Origin: Paraglomus brasilianum
Lineage: Eukaryota
Reading direction: 5' to 3'
Length of the DNA stretch: 32,883 nt
Assembly (NCBI GenBank): GCA_910592345.1
Contig: CAJVPI010000368.1
Location: 1-32,883, forward strand
The first letter of the stretch is position 1. Every line of letters begins with the position of its first letter. The notes beneath the pieces are model-generated. The model was not told the DNA's origin. It did not search any database and saw only the letters and a program-made list of their open reading frames with translations. Of this stretch, positions 1-11,637 are shown piece by piece. The translations under genes were made by a program, and so were the position numbers.

Positions 1-519
1 GAAGTCTTCGATACCTGCAAATTTACTCAGAAATCAGATGTATACTCTTTTGGTATCATTATGTATTTGATTGCTACCGGTGAACCACCTTTTAGAGATA
101 GGCAGTTCGATAGAGATTTAGTATGCAGCATTATGGGCGGACTACGACCATCAATGCCTGATTCTGCACCAGAGGAATACAAGAAACTTGTCGAGCGGTG
201 TTGTGATGCTGATCCTGATAAGCGTCCAGATGCAGAGACAATTCGGAGTGATATTAGAAAGCTTAAAGAACTGTATGATAATTCTGATGACAATACGTGG
301 AATGCTATCTACCATAATGATGTAAAACCGCTATCACGCCTCGAGAAGGAGAGTAAATATTCTAGTACACTCTTACCTACAGGAGATCTACCTAAACCAA
401 GAAATAGCTATGATATGGATTCAGCTGCAGGTATAGTTACATGTTGGTACAAATAAAGTCAATTTACAATATTAACGCCGTGCATTTCTTATAATTTAGA
501 TACTCAAACTCTTTTTTGA
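1..519 (+). CDS. 3' part of a tyrosine-kinase-like (TKL) Ser/Thr protein kinase, 5'-truncated by the window edge
   Basis: Frame from base 1 reads EVFDTCKFTQKSDVYSFGIIMYLIATGEPPF...GGLRP...EEYKKLVERCCDADPDKRP (kinase subdomains IX-XI). Probable intron 431-499 (G|GTATAG...TTTAG) then a short last exon DTQTLF* ending 519; the exact 3' exon is uncertain. Confidence 0.9.
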
Positions 520-1309
520 ATAAACTTGTAATTCGCGGTTTATAAGAGCTGGTAGCACGTGATCCACATCCGATGACATTTCAGCAAGCGAGTCAGTGAT
601 AACTCCTTCGACATGCTAAGACCGATTGATTTAGGTTTTTAAATTCAATAATATTCTTATTAACAATAAATACAATATTCCATATTTGAATGCTTAGTTG
701 GTGAGTATACGGCGCACTTAGATTTTCTTAACATTTATAGAATACACAACACCCGCTGAGCAGAAAGAATACAATATATTTTACGCTTGATCAATACGAT
801 AACCATTAGACGATCTCAATGCATCATCAGCCGTTCTTTATTATACGAAGTTGCCTAATAAAACTTCTTGTTAATAAATAAGACAAGGTACATTTAGAAT
901 CGGGTGAATACCAAACGTCTGGGAAAAAAACAATGTTTTTTGTTTTATAGTTTCTTTGTCATATTTTCACACAGCCTCGATATACGTATCTATCCGCAAT
1001 TGCCCGGTCTAAAAATTGTTGTGTAAACATTGAAACTAAAGGAATGGTGTCATCTAAAAGAGCCTTTGGTGTTAGGGATTCAATATCACTGGAAAAAGAA
1101 CAATTTAATAGCCTGGAGCGATGTTTTTCCAAACATCTGACATTAATTGTAATGAAGAACCGAAATCTGTTAGCAATCTTGAATTGTATTGGTTTTTTTT
1201 ATCAGTAATTTTTGTGTATATACAATATATTAATATAACAGCCAGTTGAATTATCTACTCTTGGAAAAGCTTTGGAAAGCAAATAATAATAAATAGTCAT
1301 GGTCTATTC

Positions 1310-4300
1310 TCATTCATTAGTTTCATCTTTTGGTATACTGTGGCCTCGTCTTTTTTCTTTCAATCTTATGTATCCATCATAAACACGTCCAATAATATTA
1401 GAAGTCAAGATGGCAGAACTCATTACCAATGACAAGAATGGAATAATGTCATATGAGACTGTTAAATGCCTATACAAAATCTATGAATGACAATAATTCA
1501 ATAGTTAGAACTTGCATTATTCCAATTCAACAACACCATCTTTACATACCTGAATGATCAACTGAGGAATATCTTCAATAAATAAATTCAATGTGCTACC
1601 CCAGAAAACCTGATTCACTGCAGTCTTTGACAATGGTGCAGAAAACATCTCCAAGCCAGCAAATTTAGATCCAAGCAAAGTAACAACCTCAACATCAGCA
1701 CCTGCTAGCAAAGTAAGCATTGAAGCTACTCTTACATTCTGACTAAACCACTCTTGAAATTTAGCATTTTTGCTTATTTCCTTCATTAATATTGAGAATG
1801 CCAGACCAGAATTGAAGGCAATAGGAGCTATTAAAAAGATTATACTGGAAACAGAACAATATATTACATAATTAACAAATTTAATTTGGTAGAGATGTAT
1901 CATGTTTGCAATAATCATAAGCCAAATGAGTAATACCTTGGTGTATGTATCTGTGGAACGTTCTTTGCACTTGACAGTACGAATGCTATATCAAGACTCA
2001 AGTCTGTGAGTATTAGTGCAAATTTTATGACAACAAAGCTTTGACCCTAGTAAAATGGTTTCAGGTATTAGAAATCGTAACATATTGTACAAGCAACAGT
2101 ATCAACATCAATCATACAGGACAACTCACCTCTGAATACTTCCGTCTCGCGCAAAAGTATAATATTGCTAATACCAAGAGACCGATAAGCACTCCAATGA
2201 ATTTAAATCTGTAAGTATCCCACAAATTGGCTAGGAAAGTTTCATTGATAGTGTATTAGTTTCATTTATGATAACAATAAAAAGCAGCCTAAACCTCGTA
2301 ATTTACATACCAGCAGGTAAAAACCCAAACGTTTCATCTAGGTAGCTAGTAGGATACTCTTGCGAAAACGAAGTATAGCCTTTATTCTTAATTAGCTCGT
2401 CGAGATCATCAATAATCTGCTGCACCGTTCTCTGAGACATATCGTCAGACGACTTGAGAGTGACTGAAAACAATATCTGATGAGCTGGTGCATTGGGATC
2501 AGGTTGGTTGCGTTTGTTGGTGGTTATACGTGACGGATCAATGGGGACGAGCTCGACAAGCTTTGCAACCATAGAGTCGAAGAAAGCGTTCTTATCGTCA
2601 GTAGATAATTGTTCAAATAACGTCGTTCCTTCAGGTGTCAACCTCAGAAGACCTGTCGTGGTAGCTGTTAGAGGAAATAAAACTGTCAGTCATACCGTAT
2701 GTATACATGTTATACAGTAATAACTGTGATGCTTTACCTGTATATCTTCCTTCAGTTGAAGCTAATAAATTCAAAACATTTCCGATAAGCAAACTAATGT
2801 TCAACAATTAAGAAATATTTTAATAGTCAATCCATACCTCCATAATACACCCAATTTCCTTCCGTCACTCCGGTCAGTGGCTGGTTCAAACTCTTACTCA
2901 TTACAAAATTGTTATCCACAACGATATCATATGTAGCATCAGGTTTGTTGAAAGTACTCTTGAATATTGAGCATGTAACCGCCGAGTCGTTTAACGTAAC
3001 TGTACAGAAACCAGAGTTTGCACTGAATCCCTGCCTGAGAATATGATTCCCGTCTGTTGCTTGGTAAACTGAAATGTTTTGTGCCGAAAGAGCGATCTGC
3101 TGCCTGAATATCAATGTAATATTTGTAGTATCTGAAGATACAGATGAGCCTGATGGCGGAATTGATGAATTAACAAGAAGATTCTTGAATCCAGCGTCTG
3201 GAAAGTAAAAAAAAAAAGCATTGAGATAAATGCAAATGATCAATAATCGTAAATGCACTCATTTGTCATGCTATGAATTGTAGATTGCTCACCTTCTTGC
3301 AATAGTTTAGGAAGGGGTATAAAAGCCAGAGATATGTTTGACGACCCTTGACTTCCTACCCATATAGTGTTATTCGGAAATACTGCAAAATCACCGACGC
3401 CACCGTCTGGCAACTTATAGGTCTGTAGAATTGCTCCATCTCCGTCCCTGACAGATACCTCATAAGGTGACCCGGTAAAAAAACCTGTGTTCACTTCGAC
3501 CGTCAGAAATCCGCCATACGGCAGCTGCCGTATTCCAAATACTTCCTTCACAACAGATCCAGCGGCAGTACCATTCACAATCACATTGACATTAGTCACT
3601 GAACCACCAGATAGGAACGCCACTTTCACGTTATCATAACCATCCGTGGTAGGAATTTTTACAATGCAAAAGTATCCCGTTCCGTCAACAGCCACGCCGC
3701 ACCCGTTTATCACTAGGCGATTGTCAAGGAGTGGGTTGGGGTTCTGCCAAACCAGACGGGGCATATCGAATTGTGGAGAACCGGGTTGCCAGAATGTGAC
3801 ATACAAAAACCATTGCGGAGAAGAGCTGAACACTTTAGAGACGAGTGGATCCGGAGTGAATGTTGGGATACGTTTTAAAATAGCTATCCCATAACCGCCT
3901 TCTGTCGTAGGAATGATTTCGTGATCGACCAGATGGTTGTCATCATTTCCCGTGATACTGCCTCCATACAATTGGGTTATTTGACCCGTGTTATTGCTAA
4001 TTTTTTGAAAAAGGAAATTTTAAATCAAATTGTTCTCATTCGGCAAGTTGCTAATGTTTATACTCACGGGGCGCTAAAAATTTTCCATAAAACCGTATTA
4101 CCATCTCTAGTTGCCACAAGAAAATTCTCATTCACGTTGGCATTCGTTTTTGCAAGTGGTGGTGATTTACCGTCGACAGGAACATCGGTAAGTAGCACGT
4201 CACTATCCGCGAATACCAAAAATGCGTTTAGTTAGATACATTTTTTTAATAAAATGATTTATCCACTTTTTATTCATTCACTCTTTAGCTTGTATTCCTC

Positions 4301-4706
4301 AACCTTACCTTTGTAATGCCCGCCCACTCCAATCGACCAATGTTCCATTCACAGTTTTGTTAGCGCTCGTCAGCGTTACGAACACATACCCATCATTAAG
4401 CGGGTAAGCGCGCTGTATGCAAAAGGTATCGCAGACCAATGGTACAGTAAATTTCGTCAACGTGCCGTCTAGGTGTAACAGACGTATATACAAATTATTG
4501 TCGGTATTGTTTCCATTATTCGGATTGAGGAGTTGCATCAATCCTGTGCCGTTTGGGTACGTAAAGCCATACTTTACGTCAGAGCTGGACGATATGAAAT
4601 AAAGATTGTCAGGGTTATCATACACTTGCACTATATAAGCCCGAACCGCCGTTAAGGAACAGAAAATAAGAACAAATAACAAAAGATAGCGAAAGCTGTC
4701 GATCAT
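1310..4706 (-). CDS. Paralog A: signal peptide + beta-rich ectodomain + SbsA/Big_5 Ig-like + SEA-like + multi-pass Xkr-like membrane protein (883 aa)
   Basis: 10 GT-AG exons: 4706-4309, 4202-4068, 3996-3293, 3197-2838, 2761-2738, 2664-2311, 2230-2130, 2046-1937, 1844-1550, 1480-1310; total 2652 nt, in frame. Signal peptide MIDSFRYLLLFVLIFCSLTAVRA; Ig-like pattern SSIPPSG..TNITLIF...TYDIVVDNNFV...W; membrane motifs TDLSLD and FIEDIPQLIIQ. Splice sites are conserved in B and C. Confidence 0.9.
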
Positions 4707-5336
4707 AATAATTGCAAGAACGGGATGGAACTGACAATCAACAACAGGATTAAATTCCTTTATATTTATTGTCTCTGTGTATTACTCCTTGGTTTTAGAG
4801 TACACGTTTGATTAAGGGTCAAAACTGACATTAAACAATTCTGTAATAGCAACAAGCTCTAAACCGAAAAAGGTCTATTTGTGCACTACTTTTGTCGTAG
4901 GTCTGGATAAGCCAACACATGAAGCGAAACAATAAAAACCCTCTATCCATTTACTGACATCTTCTTTCTCTCAACAAAATTGCAACTAGCAAACAAGTTA
5001 TGTCAATTACGGCCGACTGTTGGAGGATTGCGTTCCTTTATTAGTAGTTGGAATTGGTTAACTAGTAACGAAAATCTCGGCACGAAATCGTAACAATCTA
5101 TTACTATATTACTATGGCTACATAAAATATTAAATATTGGGCAAATCACATCCGAGGTTATAAATAGGAAATGGGAAACTTTCATTAGTAATAATGAAGC
5201 TAGGCCACTCAGAAAACTAACTTGTACCTTACATACCAATCTTTGCTCCGTGTTTCATCCATCTCATTGATCTACAAGATGCTCTGCTCTTTGAACAAGA
5301 TTCAGATAGACATACCACATAATGAGGAGGCGTAAG

Positions 5337-5365
5337 ATTTGTGATTCGCAGCTACTGCGCACTAT
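5337..5365. promoter_or_regulatory. Conserved upstream dyad motif CGCAG-N3-CTGCG (copy A)
   Basis: ATTTGTGATTCGCAGCTACTGCGCACTAT matches 26/29 with 21354-21382 upstream of C, whose flanks are otherwise poorly alignable; a variant lies at 11609-11637. Confidence 0.55.
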
Positions 5366-5464
5366 AAAACCCTAACTGTCCAATCGCATTTATCCGATCA
5401 TATTACTGTATTCCGGAAATGGAAAAGGTTACAAAGCTGATTTGAAAAAACGTTAAAGTATATA

Positions 5465-5615
5465 CATGACTACCGATAATTCGACTCCCTATAATTCAAC
5501 TTTCCCTATAATTCGATCGCCTTGAGCAAGACCCGATTGTTTAATATGATTGTTCTTCTTTAAGTATGTTAATTCGGCCGATGACTCCGGAACGAATTAA
5601 AGGCAGTTGGCTGTA
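5465..5615. mobile_element. Possible decayed pogo-like MITE, shared with the copy B upstream region (about 12920-13065)
   Basis: Repeated CCCTATAATTC units; left GACTACCGATAATTC imperfectly complements right GAATTAAAGGCAGTTGGCTG, which is followed by TA. Degenerate. Confidence 0.3.
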
Positions 5616-7199
5616 TTACCCGCTGGTTAATCAATATTAATTAATATATATAATTGCGTATTACATATAATCTCTGTTAAAAAGAGCAAATATTATAAAC
5701 CAAACAATTAGCATATTTTTTGGGGTAAGCAATTTTAATGATTTTGTATTACATACTAATACTAGCTAGTCTTATCAGTACCCATCAATTAGTGCCACAA
5801 GCTTCGCAGGTCATAGAAACACACATACTTACTCAGTTATACAAAATAGTATAATTTACTTACATACGCATTTCCTTTTCTTCACCGGTTAGTAATCAAC
5901 AAATATTTCACTTGAATAAAATTTATTCGATCTATTGCATGACAATTCTATACATCACATCACAATATATCAAAGGATACTATTACTCAAATACGTGATA
6001 TGCGCCGAACCCTCTCTAATATCAACCCCGTTAAAATCAACCCCTCTCTATTAGCAACAGTGGTTACAGAACGTATTTTCCCATAAATAAATCCCCACCC
6101 GCATATATCAAATTTGATGTCATACCCCGTTGATATCCCTATCAACATATATTCAGATTGTACCTCACTGATATCAAATTAAATTTATACTAATACTCTA
6201 CAATATTGCAAAGTCTGTTATGACAGATTTTTTTCTCATAGTCTATCTTGGCAAAATGTAATTCTGACTATTATTAATTGCCCGAATATCTTATTCTTTA
6301 ATTCAAATAATATCATTACGGATGATGCCATTTATTCAAAACCTAACCCTAACACCCCATGCTATGCATTACAGTGAGTTGTATTAGTCACATGAGATAG
6401 AACTCGATGTACCGCCCCGTATACACAATAATCGTAGCCTGATGTCGATAAAGTCACATAACAAAAGCTATGTACATTATGTTATTGGTTAAACGTCGCA
6501 TGTGTGCAATCGATGAATATTTTCCAATTGGAATACAGGTTATTAAATAAACGGGTGTGACTTTTTGTTATGGATAAACTTTCGATTCTTGAAATTACAC
6601 GTATTAAAATCCTTTGGTATTGCAGAAATACTTCTTATACGTTAATTTGGATAACATCTGGTTCATAAGGACCGCCAAATGGACGGAATTAGCAATAACG
6701 AGCCTACTTGTGATTAAATGGAATACTGTACATACTTGTGAATGTGCCGTAATATCATAAGTTGAATAACTGTCGTACGCGCGTTTAAGAATTGACTTAT
6801 TTCTTATTAACTATGCACCCATTACCCAGATCAAGTATTTGGATTATTGTTGATTTACGCATCGTCAGCATTCCGACAGACCTATTTTCTGATTAAAACA
6901 AAGTATAAAGATGGCTTATGTCTGCTTCGTGCTGAGGATTTATCTTCTGATACAAGTCGTCAAGTATAAAGCTCCAAGACCCTTATTAGACTAAGGCAAC
7001 ACATGCTGAGACTCTTTCATAATGAATCATGGTGCATCGTGAACTGATAGCTACTGTATATACAACGGACAGATTATTAAGCATCACTTTTATTAAGACA
7101 CAAAGCACTTTGAGAGAATGTTCATAAAGAAAATCGTTGATGGATAGGATACTCATTATTTGATAACTATTTTCTACTCGTATATAGTTCTGGTCTATC

Positions 7200-10100
7200 T
7201 CATTCAGCCTCCTGTAAATCATCAGTATCAGTGATGTGTTTTTCATCTTCTGGTATACTGTGGCCTTGTCTTTTTTCTTTCAATTTTATATATCCATCAT
7301 AAATATGTCCAACAATACTAGAAGTCAAGGCAGCAGAACTCATTACAAATGACAAGAATGGAATAATATCATGTGAGACTGTTAAACGCCTATACAAAAT
7401 CTATGAATGGCAATAATTCAATAGTTAGAACTTGCATTATTCCAGTTCAACAACATCATCTTTACATACCAGGATGATCAACTGAGGAATATCTTCAATA
7501 AACAAATTCAATATGCTACCCCAGAAAACCTGATTCAATGCAGTCTTTGACAATGGTGCAGAAAACATCTTCAAGCCAGCAAATTTGGATCCGAGCAAAG
7601 CAACAATCTCAACATCAGCAGCTGCTAGCAAAGTGAACAATGAAGCTGCTTTTATATTCTGCTTAAACCACCCTCGAAATTTAGCATTTTTACGTATCTC
7701 CTTCATTACTATTAAGAATGCCAGGCCAGAATTGAAAATAATAGGAGCTATTAAAAAGATTATACTGAAAACAGAATAAATATATTACATAATTAACAAA
7801 TTTAATTTGGTAGAGATGTATCATGTTTGCAATAATCATAAACCAAATGAGTAATACCTTGGTGTATGTGTCTGTGAAACCTTCTTTGCACTTGACAGTA
7901 CGAATGCTAAATAAAGACTCAAGTCTGCGATTATTAGCGCAAGTTTTACGATAAAAAAGCTTTGACCCTAGTGAAATAGTTTCAGGTATTAGAAATCGTA
8001 ACATTTTGTATAAGCAACAGTATCAATATTAATTATACAGGACAACTCACCTCTGGATACTTCTGTCTCACGCAAAAATATAATATTGCTAATATTAAGA
8101 GACCGATGAGCACTCCAATGAATTTAAATTTGCAAGCGTCCCACAAATTGGCTAGGAAAGTTTCATTGGTAGTGTATTAGTTTCATTTACGATAACAATA
8201 AAAAGCAACTTTAACCTCGTAATTTACATACCAACAGGTAAAAACCCAAACGTTTCATCTAGGTAGCTAGTAGGATACTCTTGCGAAAACGAAGTATAAC
8301 CTTTATTCTTAATTAGCTCGTCGAGATCATCAATAATCTGATGCACTGTTCTCTGTGACATATCGTCAGACGACTTGAGAGTGACTGAAAACAATATCTG
8401 ACGAGCTGGTGCATTGGGATCAGGTTGGCTGCGTTTGTTGGTGGTTATACGTGACGGATCGATGGGGATGAGCTCGGCAAGCTTTGCAACCATAGAGTCA
8501 AGGAAAGCTTTCTTATCGCCAGTAGATAATTGTTCAAATAACGTCGTTCCTTCAGGTGTCAACCTCAGAAGACCTGTCGTGGTAGCTGTTAGAGGGAATA
8601 AACTGTTAGTCATACCATATGACACATTATACGGCAATCACTGTGATGCTTTACCTGCATGTTTTCCTTCCGTTGAAGCTAATAAATTCAAAACATTTCC
8701 GATAAGCAAACGAATATTCAACAATTAAGAAATATTTTAATAGTCAATCATATACCTCCATACCTCCATAATACACCCAATTTCCTTCTGTCACTCCGGT
8801 CAGTGGCTGGTTCAAACTCTTACTCATTACAAAATTGTTATCCACGACGATATCATATGTAGCACCAGGTTCGTTGAAAGTACTCTTGAATATTGAGCAT
8901 GTAACCGCCGAGTCGTTTAACGTAACTGTACAGAAACCAGATTTTGCACTAAATCCCTGTCTGAGGATATGATTGCCGTCTGTTGCTTGGTAAACTGAAA
9001 TGTTTTGTGCCGAAAGAGCGATCTGCTGCCTGAATATCAATGTAATATTTGTAGTGTCTGAAGAGACAGATGAGCCTGATGGCGGAATTGATGAATTAAC
9101 AAGAAGATTCTTGAATCCAGCGTCTGGAAAGTAGAAAGAAAAGCATTGAGATAATGCAAATGATCAATAATCTTAAATGCACTCATTTGTCATGCTATGA
9201 ATTGTAAATTGCTCACCTTGCAATAGTTTAGGAAGGGGTATAAAAGCCACCGATATGTTCGACGACCCCCGACTTCCTGCCCATACAGTATTATTCGGAA
9301 ATACAGCAAAATCACCGGTGCCACCGTCTCCTGGCAACTTATAGGTTTGCAGAATTGCTCCATCTCCGTCCCTGACAGATGCCTCATAAGGTGACCCGGT
9401 GTTCACTTCGACCGTCATAAATCCGCCATACGGCAGCTGCCGTATTCCAATTACTTCCTTCACAACAGATCCAGCGGCCGTACTATTCACAATCACATTG
9501 ACATTAGTTACCAAACCACCAGATAGGAATGCCACTTTCACGTAATCATAACCATCCGTGGTAGAAATTTTTACAATACAAAAGTATCCCGTTCCGTCAA
9601 CAGCCACACTGCACCCGTTTATCACTAGGCGATTGTCAAGGAGTGGGTTGGGGTTCTGCCAGACCAGACGGGGTATGTCAAATTGTGGAGAACCGGGTTG
9701 CCAGAATGCGACATACAAAAACCATTGCGGAGGAGAGCTGAGTGGATCCTGAGTGGATGTTGGGATACGTTTTAAAATGGCTATCCCATAACCGCCTTCT
9801 GTCGTAGGAACGATTTCGTGATCGACCAGAAGGTTGTCATCATTTCCCGTGATACTGCCTCCATACAATTGGGTTATTTGACCCGTGTTATTGCTAATTT
9901 TTGAAAAGGAAATTTTAAAAGAAATTTTAAATCAAATTGTTCACATTCTGCAAGTTGCTAATGTTTATACTCACGGGGCGCTAAAAATTTTCCATAAAAC
10001 CGTATTACCATCTCTAGTTGCCACAAGAAAATTCTCATTCACGTTGGCATTCGTTTTTGCAAGTGGTGGTGATTTACCGTCGACAGGAACATCGGTAAGT

Positions 10101-10608
10101 AGCATGTCACTATCCACGAATACCAAAAATGCGTTTAGTTAGATACATTTTTTTAATTAATAACATGATTTATCCACTTTTTATTCATTCACTCTTTAGC
10201 TTGTATTCCTCAATCTTACCTTTGTAATATCCGCCCACTCCAATCGACCAATGTTCCATTCGCAGTTTTGTTAGCGCTCGTCAGCGTTACGAACACATAC
10301 CCGTCATTAAGCGGGTAAGCGCGCTGTATGCAATAGGTATCGCAGACCAATGGTACAGTAAATTTCGTCATCGTGCCGTTTAGGTGTAACAGACGTATAT
10401 ACAAATTATTGGTTTCATTATTCGAATTGAGGAGTTGCATCAATCCTGTGCCGTTTGGGTACGTAAAGCCATACTTTACGTCAGAGCTAGATGATATGAA
10501 ATAAACATTGTCAGGGTCATCATACACTTGCACTGTATAAGCCCGAACCGCCGCTATGGAACAGAAAATAAGAACAAATAACAAAAGATAGCGAAAGTTG
10601 TCGATCAT
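7200..10608 (-). CDS. Paralog B of the Ig/SEA/Xkr-like membrane protein (881 aa)
   Basis: Exons 10608-10220, 10109-9975, 9893-9217, 9123-8764, 8678-8655, 8585-8232, 8151-8051, 7967-7858, 7764-7470, 7400-7200; total 2646 nt, in frame. Motifs read ADLSLY and FIEDIPQLIIL. Confidence 0.9.
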
Positions 10609-11033
10609 AATAATTGCAGAACTGACAATCAATAACAGGATTAAATTCCTTTATATTTATGGTCACTGCTGTGTGTTACTCCTTGGTTTTAGAGTACACG
10701 TTTGGTTAAGTGTTAAAACTGACATTAAACAATTTTGTAATAGCAACAAGTTCTAAACCGAAAAAGATCTATTTGTGCACTACTTTTATCGTTAGTCTGG
10801 ATGCACATGAAGCGAATCAATAAAGACCCTCCATCCATTTACTGACATCATCTTTGTCTCAACGAAATTGCAACTAGCAAACAAATTATGTCAATTACGG
10901 CCGACTGTTGGAGGTTTGCGTTCCTTTATTAGTAGTTGGAATTGGTTAACTAATAACGAAAATCTCTGTGCGAAAACCGTAATCGTAATAATTATAAAGC
11001 ATCTATTACTATGACTACATAAAATATTAAATA

Positions 11034-11485
11034 CAGTTCACCCTTCATATATGCACGCCGCGTGCATATATGAAGGGGCATTTTATTGGTTGCACGTGTT
11101 ATATATTTTATTCAGATAATGAAATACAACATTAAAATACCTGTTTACTATTTTTGACTAAAAAATTGTCTATGGTTGTTTGCATTTGTCAAATGTAGTA
11201 ATCAAGAGCATAACATATTTAAGTAACTCCTTAGAATCTTGCTGTTGCAAAAGGAACGAACTAATATTAAACGAAGGAATGATAAAGACTGTATCAACGA
11301 TTCACAAATTTCTTTCAAATAGAAACAAAGTGTAACCAATAAGACAAAGTATTACAAGTCACACTCTTTGTACAAAATCACATGAAAATCACGGGCGTGC
11401 ATAAAGAGAGGGTGGATTTCATATAACGGCATATATTTACTAATTCCCGAGCTTGGGAATAAGACTTGGCATAGAGAGTGGACTG
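11034..11485. mobile_element. 452-bp Tc1/mariner (pogo-like) non-autonomous element / MITE
   Basis: Absent from the paralogous site in A (TAAATATTGGGC near 5131). Flanked by TA at 11032-11033 and 11486-11487. Ends CAGTTCACCCT...AGAGTGGACTG (imperfect TIR, 9/11). Confidence 0.85.
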
Positions 11486-11637
11486 TATTGGGCAGATCAT
11501 ATCTGAGGTTATAAATAGGAAAAGGGGAAACTTTTCATTAGTAATAATGAAGCTCCTTGTTTCATTGATCTACAATTTGAACAATCACACATAACGAGGC
11601 GGCGTAAGATTTGTGATCCGTAGCTACTGCGTACTAT

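Larger units (their letters stand above)
1300..6075. repeat. Segmental duplication unit A (gene plus about 1.4 kb upstream), homologous to about 7190-13475
   Basis: Introns and upstream DNA are alignable by eye between A and B until about 6075/13475 (GCAACAGTGG.ACAGAAC), apart from two insertions in B. Confidence 0.85.

Noticed and set aside
1517..4706. Treating the separate minus-strand ORFs as a prokaryote-style operon of small genes
   Set aside because: GT-AG sites with matching phases join them into one reading frame in all three copies.
27..10142. ORFs antisense to or out of frame with real exons (e.g. 27-293, 2493-2720, 3646-3894, 3921-4235, 7690-8004, 8414-8728, 9885-10142)
   Set aside because: They are shadows of the kinase and paralog exons; their recurrence in A and B is explained by the duplication.
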